Part shown: positions 30,048 through 40,563 of the stretch, one piece after another
Layout: every line of letters begins with the position of its first letter
Numbering within the stretch: position 1 is the first letter of the stretch
Assembly (NCBI GenBank): GCA_032128875.1
Contig: JAVLKG010000008.1
Coordinates: 96,001 to 160,000, forward strand
Origin: Candidatus Melainabacteria bacterium 17Bon1m
GTDB lineage: Bacteria; Cyanobacteriota; Vampirovibrionia; Obscuribacterales; Obscuribacteraceae
DNA: 64,000 nt
Reading direction: 5' to 3'
Notes under the pieces: model-generated
The model's input: only the letters and a program-made list of their open reading frames with translations
Databases searched by the model: none
What the model was told of the DNA's origin: nothing
Program-made: the position numbers and the translations under genes

Positions 30048-30859
30048 CCAAGGACGCATTGGCCTGAGCGTTTCCTGTGCGCCGGTTGGATACACGATGA
30101 AAGTCGTGTGTCCCGCCTGCGCATCTGGAAACGTCTCTTTTTGCGGCCGCCTTACTACTCTCTTTAGTATATTTATTCAATTCGTAGATGTTTCAACCCC
30201 CCACTGCTTTACAATGAAAGGAAGCGAACACTCCTACGCACCGTATTTGGTGCTCCGCCGATAATCCTTATGACAGACGAAAAGGACAATAAGAGGCTCA
30301 TTGGCGTCGGGCCAATTGAGCTAAGAGAGAGTCCTTTCTATTCTTGTTGAACTCAGAAAGAAGAAGAAGAAGAAGTTATAACTGGTTTGCTCGAATTCTT
30401 TGTCACCCAAACCACTCCATCTTCCTCAAACAATTTCGAATCGTTTTTGTCTCATTAAAACTGGTTTGCGATTTAATCAAACCTCTGAAGACTCGCACAT
30501 CGAGCGCATCTACGCGTGAGTCGTGCGATGTTCGCCAAATTATTGCAGTAAAAACCGCAATGAAAACGATGAAAAGTTCAAACAAATACTTGGTTTTGCC
30601 TGTTGCCAAGAGGTACGTTCTTAGTACACCTTTTCTCCCTTTTGCACACCCGGACAATCAACAAACACAGACAAAACAGCACTATCCGCTGAATGTACGT
30701 CGAACAATGCGTTCGACAGTCGCCCACCGATTTCACCGCCACCCCCGCTTGAAAGACAAACTGGCTTGCCAAGCCGGTTTGTGCACAACTTAGCGCAAAC
30801 AGCACAAGAAGTCTCACATCAAATCTCTCCGGCAAGACCGGAAGAAAGAGAAACCGACA

Positions 30860-31051
30860 ATGGCTTTCCACAAGCAGCGTGACCGCCGTTCCACCAACAC
30901 TCTGGCGCAGAGCGAGCCGCTCACGGGGCGCGGCGACGACCAGTTCAACCAGTTCGAACAGCTGGCGGAGGAAAACGAAAGCCACAAGGCGAGCCGTCGC
31001 GACCGGCGCCTGAACAAGCGGCTCTACAAGCGCGACCCCTACGCCGAGTAA
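30860..31051 (+). CDS. Small charged hypothetical protein
   Basis: Strong GC3 bias; first gene of the array. Confidence 0.65.
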   Translation: MAFHKQRDRRSTNTLAQSEPLTGRGDDQFNQFEQLAEENESHKASRRDRRLNKRLYKRDPYAE

Positions 31052-31119
31052 GCACGCGCAGAGACACGCGGCAAACAGTTTCGACAAACGAGTTCATCAA
31101 AAACGCCAGGAGACAACAA

Positions 31120-31503
31120 ATGATCGCAGTCGATAACGCAAAGCTCTACGCGAAATTCATCGCAGCGGTGGAACTACTGTCATCGCTCGATCACACGCTG
31201 GCAGACGCGCGCGCATCCGTCACCAACATGGCGTGGCCCGAGGAGCACGGCAAGTTTCGCTTCTTCTATGACGAAATTGGCACAGCGACCAATCTACACA
31301 AGGCCGCTCACAACGCCATGCTGTCCTCGGCGTCGAACCTGCTCACCAGCAACACAATTGAGACGTTCTTCGTCCTGACGCGCGATGCCTGTCAGCGCGC
31401 TTTCGCGGCGCTGGAATTCGCAAATCGCGAAATCGGCAACTACTACACGAAATATCTCGATGTTTTCAAGGAAGCCGTCGAGAAGACCGAGAAGTTTCAG
31501 TAA
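31120..31503 (+). CDS. Hypothetical helical protein (paralog of 35106-35483)
   Basis: AGGAG RBS; AVELL..W..L..AA.N....TFF pattern shared. Confidence 0.8.
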   Translation: MIAVDNAKLYAKFIAAVELLSSLDHTLADARASVTNMAWPEEHGKFRFFYDEIGTATNLHKAAHNAMLSSASNLLTSNTIETFFVLTRDACQRAFAALEFANREIGNYYTKYLDVFKEAVEKTEKFQ

Positions 31504-31558
31504 CTGTAACTCCTGCTTTCACCAGCATCAGAAGCTACTTTCAATCAAGGACAATGAA

Positions 31559-31948
31559 ATGCTCGGACACGCCGGTCACATCAACGCTCGTTTGCTGGCA
31601 GCTCTCAACGCGCTCGCCACCCGCCGCGAGCACATCCGTGTCGAAGCAATTGTGGTTCGCTCCTTCCGCAAGGACTTCGGCGCCGACAAAGAGGGTCTGC
31701 TGGAAGCTCTCCTGGAGCTGCTCGAGGCGTACACTTTCGAGCCGTGGAAGCATCAGTTGCCGAGCGGACTCGGACACATCTGCATCGTCATCCACCGTCT
31801 CATCAGCGAGATCTACCAGCACGACGCGGTGGCGCGAGTCGCGAAATATCGGCGCGCGGTTCAATATCTCGAAGTTCACGGTCACGAGTGGGCATCCGCC
31901 TTCCACGCCGTCGCCGACTACGTCGAACGGCAGAACAAGAGGGCTTAA
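31559..31948 (+). CDS. Hypothetical helical protein
   Basis: AAGGA RBS then MLGHAGH; codon bias. Confidence 0.7.
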   Translation: MLGHAGHINARLLAALNALATRREHIRVEAIVVRSFRKDFGADKEGLLEALLELLEAYTFEPWKHQLPSGLGHICIVIHRLISEIYQHDAVARVAKYRRAVQYLEVHGHEWASAFHAVADYVERQNKRA

Positions 31949-31979
31949 GCAAAACTTGCAGACGGTGCCAGAGAGGCAA

Positions 31980-32267
31980 ATGTATATGGACAATTCACGC
32001 AAGGTGCAGGGAAGAACAATCGGCGAGCGGTTCGAAACAGCTCGCGAGCTTTTGATCCCGGACACAGTGGAAGCGGCGCAGCGGGCGATTGAAGAACTCA
32101 CCCCGACCCTCGGACGAACTTGCGGCATCAGCGAGTTCCAGACGCTCGCCGACTTGCTCTCCAGGGCGTACATCATCACGCGCGAACTGCCGTTGGCGCG
32201 GCAGTGGCTGCAGTATGCACCGACGCAGCCCGGCCGCGCCGACATTCGGAGCTCTGCAAGCCGCTGA
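31980..32267 (+). CDS. Hypothetical helical protein
   Basis: GAGAGG RBS then MYMDNSR. Confidence 0.6.
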   Translation: MYMDNSRKVQGRTIGERFETARELLIPDTVEAAQRAIEELTPTLGRTCGISEFQTLADLLSRAYIITRELPLARQWLQYAPTQPGRADIRSSASR

Positions 32268-32310
32268 ATAAGACACAACAAAAAAACTCAAGCCAGAAAG
32301 GATTTTCGCC

Positions 32311-32628
32311 ATGCAGACTTCAGGAATCGTTTCCCTCATCCTCCTCGGCGTCATCGGGCTGGGCGCGTTCAAGGTGTGGCGCGTGCTCGTGACGCTCTTC
32401 AGCAAGCCGTTCTCGACGCCCAACTTGCCGAAGATTCGCAAGGTCGCGTTCCTCATCGTGGCACTCCTCGTCGTCTCGATGCTGACGCCGTTCCTCCTGC
32501 CGTTCAACTCCACGCTGCGTCTCGTCATCTACGGCGCCTACGCGCTCTTCGCCGTGCTGGGGCTCAGCCAGATCTGGGACTGGGTGAACGGGCTGCGCAG
32601 TCGAGGCAACGCGAAGAACACGAAGTAA
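32311..32628 (+). CDS. 3-TM membrane protein
   Basis: AAAGGA RBS; hydrophobic helices. Confidence 0.75.
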   Translation: MQTSGIVSLILLGVIGLGAFKVWRVLVTLFSKPFSTPNLPKIRKVAFLIVALLVVSMLTPFLLPFNSTLRLVIYGAYALFAVLGLSQIWDWVNGLRSRGNAKNTK

Positions 32629-32739
32629 GCACCAGAAACAAAGCCGGCTTGCACGTGCCAGTTTCATCGGCACTTGCAAACTGGTTTCGCACTAACGCAA
32701 ACGCAGTCTAGTCAAAAACCTCAAAAAATAGGTGCAATC

Positions 32740-32976
32740 ATGTTACAAGCACTCGTTACCCTGTGGTGGCTCTTCGCAGCGGGATTCGTTCTCGGCGCCG
32801 TTTTCGCGTTTGCGCCGAGCTTCGGCAGCCACGGCAGCATCAACAGAGGCAACCACTGGACGAAGAATGCCTCCAACGCAGCCGGGGACCTCTTCGGCGT
32901 CTTAATCGGCGCGGTGCTGATGTTCTTTTGCGGCATCCTGCTCGTAATCTGCGGGATCGCAGCGCTGTTGTCATAG
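32740..32976 (+). CDS. 2-TM membrane protein
   Basis: AGGTG RBS then MLQALV. Confidence 0.65.
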   Translation: MLQALVTLWWLFAAGFVLGAVFAFAPSFGSHGSINRGNHWTKNASNAAGDLFGVLIGAVLMFFCGILLVICGIAALLS

Positions 32977-33137
32977 CAGCAAGGCCCGCTCGAAAGCACA
33001 GCAAAAGAACGCCACTTCTTTTACTCTCCATGCGCCGGGAATCACCTCCGGCGCTTGGAGAATTTCGACGACTGCAGAACTGACGCTCGAGTACTCCGGC
33101 GCAGTCAGCAGCCAGCAGTAGTAGAGAAGAAAACAAA

Positions 33138-33806
33138 ATGACCATGCGCACCCGCACCTACCTCAAGGAAAGTGGACTTGCGGTTCTCCAGGGCGTGATT
33201 GCCGGACGTCTGCAGTTTGCAGAAACCGGCTCATACGTTGCTTCCATCTACCAGACGACCGACGAGAGACTCGTCGAGATCGCGCGCGACTTGTACACCA
33301 AGGAGCCGGTTACTAACACTGCCTTGATTCCTGCCATTGCAGCGGCGCATTACTTGCTCATCTTGCAGGGGTCGGAGGATCAGTGGCGCTACGATTTGCG
33401 CCTCAGGCAAGCGCTTAACAGCACAGAAGGCTACGTCGAAATCGCAGTCACGAAGGCCAGAGAAAAGAAGGAGCGACTGAGCGACATCCGCTGCGTGCTG
33501 GCGGAGTTCTTGCGCGGGGAGATCGATAAGCCCAGCATGAAGTACGCCTGCGCACTTCTCGGTGAATCCTACATGCTGGAGGACGACTTCGAGTGTGCGT
33601 TCTTCTGGCTGAAACTCGCACATGCCGGTCCCTACGGTTCGACGCAACACATGCTGGACAAGTCGGCGGCAAGAGTAGCGGAAAACCGCGAGCGTGGCTT
33701 GGAGCCACAGATTCGTTCGAGCAGCGAAGGATACCGCTACCGCCCGTTGAAGCGCGCAGAGAGAGAAGAACGCCGCCGCAAGAACGCCGCAAAGAGAGCC
33801 CAGTAG
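33138..33806 (+). CDS. Hypothetical protein with a TPR-like motif (paralog of 33823)
   Basis: RTRTYLK..ALLGESY....FECAFFWLKLAHAGPY..EGYRYRPL. Confidence 0.8.
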   Translation: MTMRTRTYLKESGLAVLQGVIAGRLQFAETGSYVASIYQTTDERLVEIARDLYTKEPVTNTALIPAIAAAHYLLILQGSEDQWRYDLRLRQALNSTEGYVEIAVTKAREKKERLSDIRCVLAEFLRGEIDKPSMKYACALLGESYMLEDDFECAFFWLKLAHAGPYGSTQHMLDKSAARVAENRERGLEPQIRSSSEGYRYRPLKRAEREERRRKNAAKRAQ

Positions 33807-33822
33807 ACAGCAGAATACGACA

Positions 33823-34485
33823 ATGAATACCCACACTCGCACCTACATCAAGCTGGACGGAATGCCGGTTCTCGCGCGCCTGATTCGCGAGAATCTCGTC
33901 GCGTTCGAAACCGAGTTTCGCTACTTGGAAGCTCTCTATCGGTTTCACCGAGACGAAGGCTTCTGCCAAGGTCAGCTTCCGGTCGAGGAAATCAGGCGTT
34001 CAGTTTTCGAAGCTGAATATCTGGTTTTCGTTCAGGCAATCGAAAACGACTGGCGCAAGCGCGAGACAAGGTTCTTCAGCATGGAATGTCTTGTGGAAAC
34101 CCAGCGCACCAAAGAGCGAGAAAGAGCGCAGAGAGTTTCAGACGTGCAGAGCTTGATGGCGGCACTGATGGAAACTCCGCTCAATGAGCGCGACACGAAG
34201 CATGTCGCCGCGCTGCTTGGGCGAAGCTTCCATCTCGCTGGAGAGTACGAATCCGCTTACTTCTGGCTGCAGATGGCAGAAGACGGACCGTACTCTTTCA
34301 TTCCGGACTCGCTCAAGATGGCTAAGGAGTTCTCCTCGGGCAAAACGAAGATGCAGCAGACCAATGAGGGGTGGCAATACGAACCACTCTCGGACTGTGA
34401 CAAAGAGTTGATTCTTCGTGCGCGGCGTCGACGGGAAATGCAAGTAAAGGACGAAGAGCGCAGGAACGCAATCTGGCACGAGTAG
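33823..34485 (+). CDS. Hypothetical protein with a TPR-like motif (paralog of 33138)
   Basis: HTRTYIK..ALLGRSF....YESAYFWLQMAEDGPY..EGWQYEPL. Confidence 0.8.
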   Translation: MNTHTRTYIKLDGMPVLARLIRENLVAFETEFRYLEALYRFHRDEGFCQGQLPVEEIRRSVFEAEYLVFVQAIENDWRKRETRFFSMECLVETQRTKERERAQRVSDVQSLMAALMETPLNERDTKHVAALLGRSFHLAGEYESAYFWLQMAEDGPYSFIPDSLKMAKEFSSGKTKMQQTNEGWQYEPLSDCDKELILRARRRREMQVKDEERRNAIWHE

Positions 34486-34541
34486 GCGGTGGCTTGAAGT
34501 AAAGAACAAAAACAGCTAATGCAACTTTCGAAAGAGTGAAG

Positions 34542-35024
34542 ATGGACAACGACACCACAACCGCTCCAAAGAACGAAGTGAACAACGAACAAGAACAGGA
34601 ACAGGCACGGGTGAACCGGCGGCAGTGGCTCAGACTGGCGAAAATGGGGATGTCCGATTTCGCCAACGAGTACGCGACGGAGACTGCGCAATGGACTCCG
34701 GGAATGCATCGCTCCATCCCAAAGGTGGTAGAAGCGCGTAAAACGCTGATGCAGGTTGCGGCACCGATCGCCAATCTCCCGGAAGAATCTCACATGTGGA
34801 GCGAGTGCGTTGCGCTAATCGCCGACTCGTTCTTCTACGAAAACCGCTACACCGAAGCGCTCGCGCTCTACGAACTAGTCAAAGACAGGCTGTTGACCGA
34901 CAAGACCTTGATGGACAGCCTCCGTCGCTACGCAGACGCACACTTCGCCGCCGGCATGTTCAAAGAAGCAGCTCTGCTCTATCGCGAAGTGATCGTCAAA
35001 GAGGTGGCGGAACAACTGCTGTAG
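34542..35024 (+). CDS. TPR-like protein
   Basis: IADSFFYENRYTEALALY / YADAHFAAGMFKEAALLY. Confidence 0.75.
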   Translation: MDNDTTTAPKNEVNNEQEQEQARVNRRQWLRLAKMGMSDFANEYATETAQWTPGMHRSIPKVVEARKTLMQVAAPIANLPEESHMWSECVALIADSFFYENRYTEALALYELVKDRLLTDKTLMDSLRRYADAHFAAGMFKEAALLYREVIVKEVAEQLL

Positions 35025-35105
35025 CGCGCTCCTCCGGACAGTCACAATCAGCGCATCGAAACAGCCAACTCAGCAAAAAAGCCAACGTCGACAAAGGATC
35101 AAAAC

Positions 35106-35483
35106 ATGTACGCAATCGAATCGCCCGAAGTCTGGAGCAAGCTAACCGCCTCTGTCGAACTGCTCGCCAAGGTCAAGAACACTGGCACCTACGAAGGATA
35201 CGCAGGTCTGCAGTGGTCGCTCACCGACCGCCAGCACTACGAAAGTCTCGTGGATTCTTCGCAAAAGTATTCTCACCTGGCCGCCGTGGCCATGGAGGGC
35301 GCCGCGCGCAACATGCTGCCGAAGGAGGGCGTCGACACGTTCTTCGCACTCGTCGTCAAAGCGGTGGAGACGCGGCTGGAAGGATTCGAATTCTACATCG
35401 CGATGCACGGAGAAATTCACAGCATGATCCGCGACCGAAAGACGCTTCAGGAGTCGTTGAGCGCGGTCCGCAAGTTCGAATAA
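35106..35483 (+). CDS. Hypothetical helical protein (paralog of 31120)
   Basis: AAAGGA RBS; ends KFE versus KFQ in the paralog. Confidence 0.8.
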   Translation: MYAIESPEVWSKLTASVELLAKVKNTGTYEGYAGLQWSLTDRQHYESLVDSSQKYSHLAAVAMEGAARNMLPKEGVDTFFALVVKAVETRLEGFEFYIAMHGEIHSMIRDRKTLQESLSAVRKFE

Positions 35484-35791
35484 CGAGTAGTGCGTCCGCA
35501 ACCAGAGTAGCGTTTCGGATAGTCTACAAACAGCGAACATCCCAACAGCAAAGTCGGATTACTGCTCGGACAGAGTAGCCGTCCGGCTTTGCTAGCGAAC
35601 TACAATCAAACTGCTTTTTGAAGCAGTCTCTACTACCTGCTTTAATAGATACAACAACAAAAAACAAGCTGAGCACCAAATACGACACCAACGCCCAGGG
35701 GTGGATACGATGTAGTTGCATTTGCGCAATTTCCATCGTATCCACCCTGACGTCTGTTCAAATCAAGTCAGCGAACCTGATTCAAATCCGC

Positions 35792-36388
35792 TCAGCGAGC
35801 CTTCGCCAAGACGAAGTTGAAAGTTCCTTTCTGCACGACTCCGGAAGCGGGAACCGCCGGATTGAGACGCACGACCAACTCCGGCAGGAAGAAGTCGTCG
35901 CCGGGGATGTCCAGCTTGTTCTGCTCGTCATCTTCGAAGTAGAGCTGCGTGGTCAGCGTCCTGTAGCCCTTCGCCTCCACGACGACGTGGATGTGAGCAG
36001 GACGCCAGAGATTGTAGCCGTCGTCGAAGTAGTTGCCGGGACGCAGGATGTTGAACGCGTAACCACCCGACTTGTCGGAGATGATCCGACCGCGATACTT
36101 GTGGTCTTTGAGCGCGATCGGCTTCGGACTGCCGTCGTCGTTCTGGTTGTCGTAACGACCCGAAGGATCGGCGACCCACACAGACACGGTTGCATCGGCA
36201 ATCGGTTTACCGTCGCGAGCTACGACCTGCCCGCTGATGCTGATTTCTTCGCCGGCGGTTCCTGCAGGGAAAAGGCTGCTCTGCAGTTTGGCATTGGCGA
36301 TGAAATATGGTCCTAGCACTTGCCCCGCGGTGAGGGGAAAGCGGCGATCCAGGAGCTTGGGCTTGGGAACACTTGCTTTCTTTGCCAT
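35792..36388 (-). CDS. Intradiol ring-cleavage dioxygenase-like protein
   Basis: GPYF, VWVADPSGRYD, RPGNY, WRPAHIH, LTTQLYF. Confidence 0.9.
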   Translation of the reverse strand: MAKKASVPKPKLLDRRFPLTAGQVLGPYFIANAKLQSSLFPAGTAGEEISISGQVVARDGKPIADATVSVWVADPSGRYDNQNDDGSPKPIALKDHKYRGRIISDKSGGYAFNILRPGNYFDDGYNLWRPAHIHVVVEAKGYRTLTTQLYFEDDEQNKLDIPGDDFFLPELVVRLNPAVPASGVVQKGTFNFVLAKAR

Positions 36389-36543
36389 TGTTGTTTTCTC
36401 TTTGTCGCTTGCAGTTCCAACCCACAGCCAAAACGGCGCGTCCGTGCGCCGTTTCACATTGAGAAGACCGATGTTTTTGCACCGGTCTGGCTGTGGCTGT
36501 GAGTCGAACTACTGACGTTTTGGTCGCGAGTGCGACCGGTGAA

Positions 36544-36960
36544 TCACCTGGTGGTGACTTGGTTCGGGTCGGACACCGGGGGTTTGCCGGAACCCGATGC
36601 GATAGCACCGTCACCGGCGTAGCGCTTCTTCACCTCGTCGGCAGCCCAGTCGACGCCGGTTTTCAACGCGCCCTTGGCTTTGTTGAAGATGTAGTTGCGC
36701 ATGAAATTGACGATGAACCCGACGCCGAAGACCAGCGCAGAGATGATGTAGACGGCGGTCGCTACGCCGGCATAACCAGCGTAAAAGTGCAGCGCCCATC
36801 CACCGACTGCCAGCACAATCGCACCCACCATCAGGAGTTTGGCGATGATGCCGGCGACACGATACGGGCCGACCTTCGTTAGAGCGAATTCGGCAGTCTT
36901 CTCGACAGCGCCGTCAGCGGCATACTGAGCAGCTTTGCCGGACAATTTCTTCCAGTCCAT
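36544..36960 (-). CDS. 2-TM membrane protein
   Basis: GAGGAA RBS; hydrophobic helices. Confidence 0.7.
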   Translation of the reverse strand: MDWKKLSGKAAQYAADGAVEKTAEFALTKVGPYRVAGIIAKLLMVGAIVLAVGGWALHFYAGYAGVATAVYIISALVFGVGFIVNFMRNYIFNKAKGALKTGVDWAADEVKKRYAGDGAIASGSGKPPVSDPNQVTTR

Positions 36961-37094
36961 TCGCATTTCCTCGGGCATCTTGCATGCCCATTAGAATGAA
37001 GGAGAGCCCCCACAATCGGCAGAGATGTGACTGTAAGGGCAATGCATGGCATCGCCCCTACAGCGTGGGGACTGGGTTTAGTGTTGACGCGTCG

Positions 37095-37538
37095 TTAGTG
37101 CTGCTTGTGCAGCAGGTCCAGCAAGCGCTCCAGCTCATCTGCGTCGGCACGCGCACCATTCTGCCCGTTGACGTGCTTGCCGTCGAGGACGAACACGAAA
37201 GCGGGAGTGCGCAGCGCGCCGTTCGCCAGCGCCAGAGGGAGATTCTCCACATGCGCTGTGTTGATGGCCACGACCTTGACGTCGTAGGCGTTCCTCCAGG
37301 CGAAATCCTTGACGATTTTCAGCTGAGCTTCGTCGCCGGCGGAGTTCTTTTCCTGGCGATAGAAGTAGATGAGAACCGGCTTGGCGCCCTGGACGTTTTC
37401 GACTTCCTGCTCGTACGAGAAGAGGTCGACGTTGGTCACCTGACCGTGCTGCTGGCGATAGGTGTAGTCCTTGTGGAAAAGGAAGCCACCCACGCCGACG
37501 GCGATCAGGACCAGGATTGCGATGATGCTTCGATTCAT
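37095..37538 (-). CDS. Anchored thioredoxin-fold protein lacking CxxC
   Basis: KPVLIYFY..KVVAIN..RTPAFVFVLDGK topology with cis-Pro loop; no Cys. Confidence 0.7.
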   Translation of the reverse strand: MNRSIIAILVLIAVGVGGFLFHKDYTYRQQHGQVTNVDLFSYEQEVENVQGAKPVLIYFYRQEKNSAGDEAQLKIVKDFAWRNAYDVKVVAINTAHVENLPLALANGALRTPAFVFVLDGKHVNGQNGARADADELERLLDLLHKQH

Positions 37539-37670
37539 GTTTTTTCTCCGAATCGTTAGGACAGCATTCGACAGAGTTATGACCGCTTGCGGCTGTCACC
37601 CAAGCGACCCTCTTTGTTTGGACAACGTCTGCAAGAAAAGTTCAGACGGTGGCGACCTTCGCCTTTGCCG

Positions 37671-38408
37671 CTAATTACCGATGCTGCCGATGATGGCAAC
37701 CGCGACGAACATCTCGGGACAGGCGATCAGCGCGATGGCGAAGCCGATGGCCACGACGACAACGAACGCGTAGAGAATCATCATCTTGGTGAACTGCCAG
37801 AAGGACAGGTGAGCGATGATGGTTTGCTCCTTCACCTCGACGGAGCTGAGGAACATGCGCGCCATCTGCCCCTTGAACGTGTCGGGCAGCTTGTAGACAG
37901 GCATGCGCTCCAGCGTAAATTCAGCAGACTTCTGCACCATGCTGTTAACCAGCTCGGCGCCTGCCTTCACGAGTTCGTCCTTATTGGCGAGCACCTTCGG
38001 GCTCGATACCCATTTCTCGACGAAGTTGTCGAGCCTGGTGGCGACGCTCTCTCCGTTGGTCTTCACGTCGACGAGCTTGAGCTCATCCGGCTTGAAGTGG
38101 AAAGTGCCGTCCAGGCTGTTGTAGGTGAGAGTGCCCTTGGTTTCAGCCTTGACGACGAATTCGGTCTTCATCTTCTTCGCCGAAGCGACGATGACGAGTC
38201 CGATTTTGTCGCCGGTCAAGTCCAGGGCAACGGAGTGGATGACGACGTCCTTCTTCGTGGTGAAGGGCATCTTCACGTCGATCTTCTGTTGGACTTCCGC
38301 CTGGCCCATCTTCACTTCGTGCAAGCCGAAGATATTCCAGGCAATGCCCGCAACGCCGATGAGGAGTGCGATGACGACCGCGCTCCAGGCAAATTTGCGT
38401 TTTGACAT
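37671..38408 (-). CDS. Membrane-anchored protein, DUF1439-like
   Basis: N- and C-terminal TM; QAEVQQKIDVKMPF..LERMPVYKL..VEVKEQTIIAHL. Confidence 0.6.
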   Translation of the reverse strand: MSKRKFAWSAVVIALLIGVAGIAWNIFGLHEVKMGQAEVQQKIDVKMPFTTKKDVVIHSVALDLTGDKIGLVIVASAKKMKTEFVVKAETKGTLTYNSLDGTFHFKPDELKLVDVKTNGESVATRLDNFVEKWVSSPKVLANKDELVKAGAELVNSMVQKSAEFTLERMPVYKLPDTFKGQMARMFLSSVEVKEQTIIAHLSFWQFTKMMILYAFVVVVAIGFAIALIACPEMFVAVAIIGSIGN

Positions 38409-38856
38409 ATGAGTAGACCTCGAGATTGGTATGCCGACGATGTCGGCGGAAAAGCGTGGAAACGTCTGCATCAAGTCAAACGTGCACGCGCCAGCGACAC
38501 CATGCCGCTGAGGAGAGTCGAGATTTCGAGTTGGAGGAGGATGGAGCTTTTTAAACGCTCTTTCTTGTTGTGGGGTTAGAAACCGGAATTACAGTAAAGA
38601 CCTATCAAGAGTTCTTGACCAAGGACTACATAAGAACGTCCTATGTTGCACGGGATAAACATACTCAGCGCGCAGGAAAACTCCTCAAACCCCAACCACT
38701 ATGGGCTTCACAGCAGGGCGGAAGGTTCAGGATAAACACACGCACATCAAGAAAAAGCGTTAATGATGACTGCCTGCGGTAGCGACGCTCGTGCGAGCGC
38801 AGACTGTCCTGGAAAAAGTGATAGCCACTTAGCTTTTCCGGTCTTCTTCAATCTGG

Positions 38857-40563
38857 CTAGTCTTTGGCGGTCAACTGGTCTTCTGCGGCAATCTCGATGA
38901 CAGACCAACTGCCCGTGATTAAGCCGGTCGCCTTGTCGTTGAGTTTTTGCGCTTCGTCGTGTCGGTTATTGGTCGTCAACAGGTCGGCGTAGTTTTTCTT
39001 GATACGAATAGTATCCGGATGGTCTTCACCGAGCGTTTTCTTTCTCACCGCCAAGCCGCGCTGGTAACAGTGTTCTGCCTCACGATACTTACACTGAATG
39101 TGATACAGCGTAGCCAGGTTGTGCAAACTTGTCGCCACGTCAGGGTGGTCTTTACCGTGCGCGCTCTCATAGATTTTTGCAGATTCTTCTGCAAACTCTT
39201 CAGCTTCCCTGTAGTGACCTTGCATATAATGCAGCTTCGCAAGCGTGTTTGCGGCAGATGCGACTAGAGGATTTGCCGCCCCAAGTGCCTCCTTCTTCAG
39301 CTTGAATGAGCGCCGGAAATGAGGTTCTGCCAGGTAAAACTTCTCTTGCCGGCAAAGCACTTCACCCAAACTATCCAGGCTGTACGCCAATCTCTGAGCA
39401 TTGCCCGTAACCTTTTCAGCAACTTTTACAGCGCCGTACCAAGAACGCTCGGCACTTTCAAAATCGCCTTTGGTCGTCTGAGCCTCAGCTTCCATACGGG
39501 TTTTGTTCCACACCTCATCAAGGTTTTTCATGGTCTGCGTAATGCGAGCATTGACGTTTTGCATATTCGCAGGCGGTGGAACTTTCACCTGCGGCACAAA
39601 CTGATTGTTGGTTGCAAACTCTCGCTTGTCCAGCTGCCCCGGCTGCGGTGTGCCCGAGGGCATAACAATCGGCGCGGTACTAGCGACTGGAACACTTGCT
39701 TGAGCTGCCGGCGGAACAATTGCTCCCCCAGCTCTTCCACTCAAAATCGATGCGGGTTGCGGAGTTGCAGCAACCGCTGGTGCAGCTACGGATTTCGGCG
39801 GAGCAACCGGCTGCGTAGTTTGATTTTGATTGAAAACAATCGGCGCTTTCTGCTGCGCAGACAATGCGACCGAGGGAGGAATGCTCTGCGGAGTCAGACT
39901 TGGTGGGCGCGGTGGAGCCTTGGTTTCGTTGACAGACAAAGCTGGCTGGCTCTGCGAAATCGTGGCAGGCGAAGGCGGCGGTGGTGGTGGTGCAGAAGTA
40001 GTTGCAGAAGTAGTTGCAACAGTCGGTGCATCTCCATTGCTGCCTTGAGTATTCGTCTGACCCGGCTGTCCCCAACGTCCTGTCTTAATAGACTCGGCAC
40101 AGCGCTTGATGTACTCAGCTTGATCGGCACGGTGAGTAGCATGCAGCAAGTCAGCGTAGTCATCCATAATGCGGGCAAGCTCTGGATGGTTAGAACCCAG
40201 CCACTTCATCATGACGGTCGTAACCTGCTTGTAGAGCGGTTCTGCCAGACCAAGTTTTTGTTCGTAATGGTAAAGGTTTGCAAGTCGGTAGCTTACGCAG
40301 GCGGTCTTGAAGTGATCCGGCCCGACTGTATTTTGATACAAAAGCAGTAAACGCCGTGCGTGTGCTTCAACTTGACCAAACTGCCCAGCATACCAGTTAG
40401 CCTCAACTAGCTGTTCAAGCGTGTTTGCAAGACGCGAATCCTTGTCGCCAAATCTCTCCGCTTCGGCCAGAGCCCCGAAAAAACACTGCTCGGCTTGCTT
40501 AAAATTGCCCTCTCTCAGAGCATCATTTCCGGCATCAAAAAGTTTCCGCCACTCCTGATCCAT
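38857..40563 (-). CDS. Kinesin-light-chain-type TPR protein with a Pro/Ala-rich linker
   Basis: Repeated GxDHPDVATSLHNLA.LY..Q.KY.EAE..Y motifs in two blocks. Confidence 0.9.
   Translation of the reverse strand: MDQEWRKLFDAGNDALREGNFKQAEQCFFGALAEAERFGDKDSRLANTLEQLVEANWYAGQFGQVEAHARRLLLLYQNTVGPDHFKTACVSYRLANLYHYEQKLGLAEPLYKQVTTVMMKWLGSNHPELARIMDDYADLLHATHRADQAEYIKRCAESIKTGRWGQPGQTNTQGSNGDAPTVATTSATTSAPPPPPPSPATISQSQPALSVNETKAPPRPPSLTPQSIPPSVALSAQQKAPIVFNQNQTTQPVAPPKSVAAPAVAATPQPASILSGRAGGAIVPPAAQASVPVASTAPIVMPSGTPQPGQLDKREFATNNQFVPQVKVPPPANMQNVNARITQTMKNLDEVWNKTRMEAEAQTTKGDFESAERSWYGAVKVAEKVTGNAQRLAYSLDSLGEVLCRQEKFYLAEPHFRRSFKLKKEALGAANPLVASAANTLAKLHYMQGHYREAEEFAEESAKIYESAHGKDHPDVATSLHNLATLYHIQCKYREAEHCYQRGLAVRKKTLGEDHPDTIRIKKNYADLLTTNNRHDEAQKLNDKATGLITGSWSVIEIAAEDQLTAKD

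Noticed and set aside
30860-35483. Integron cassette array or prophage
   Set aside because: No conserved attC-like palindromes between genes, and no integrase, terminase or structural genes.
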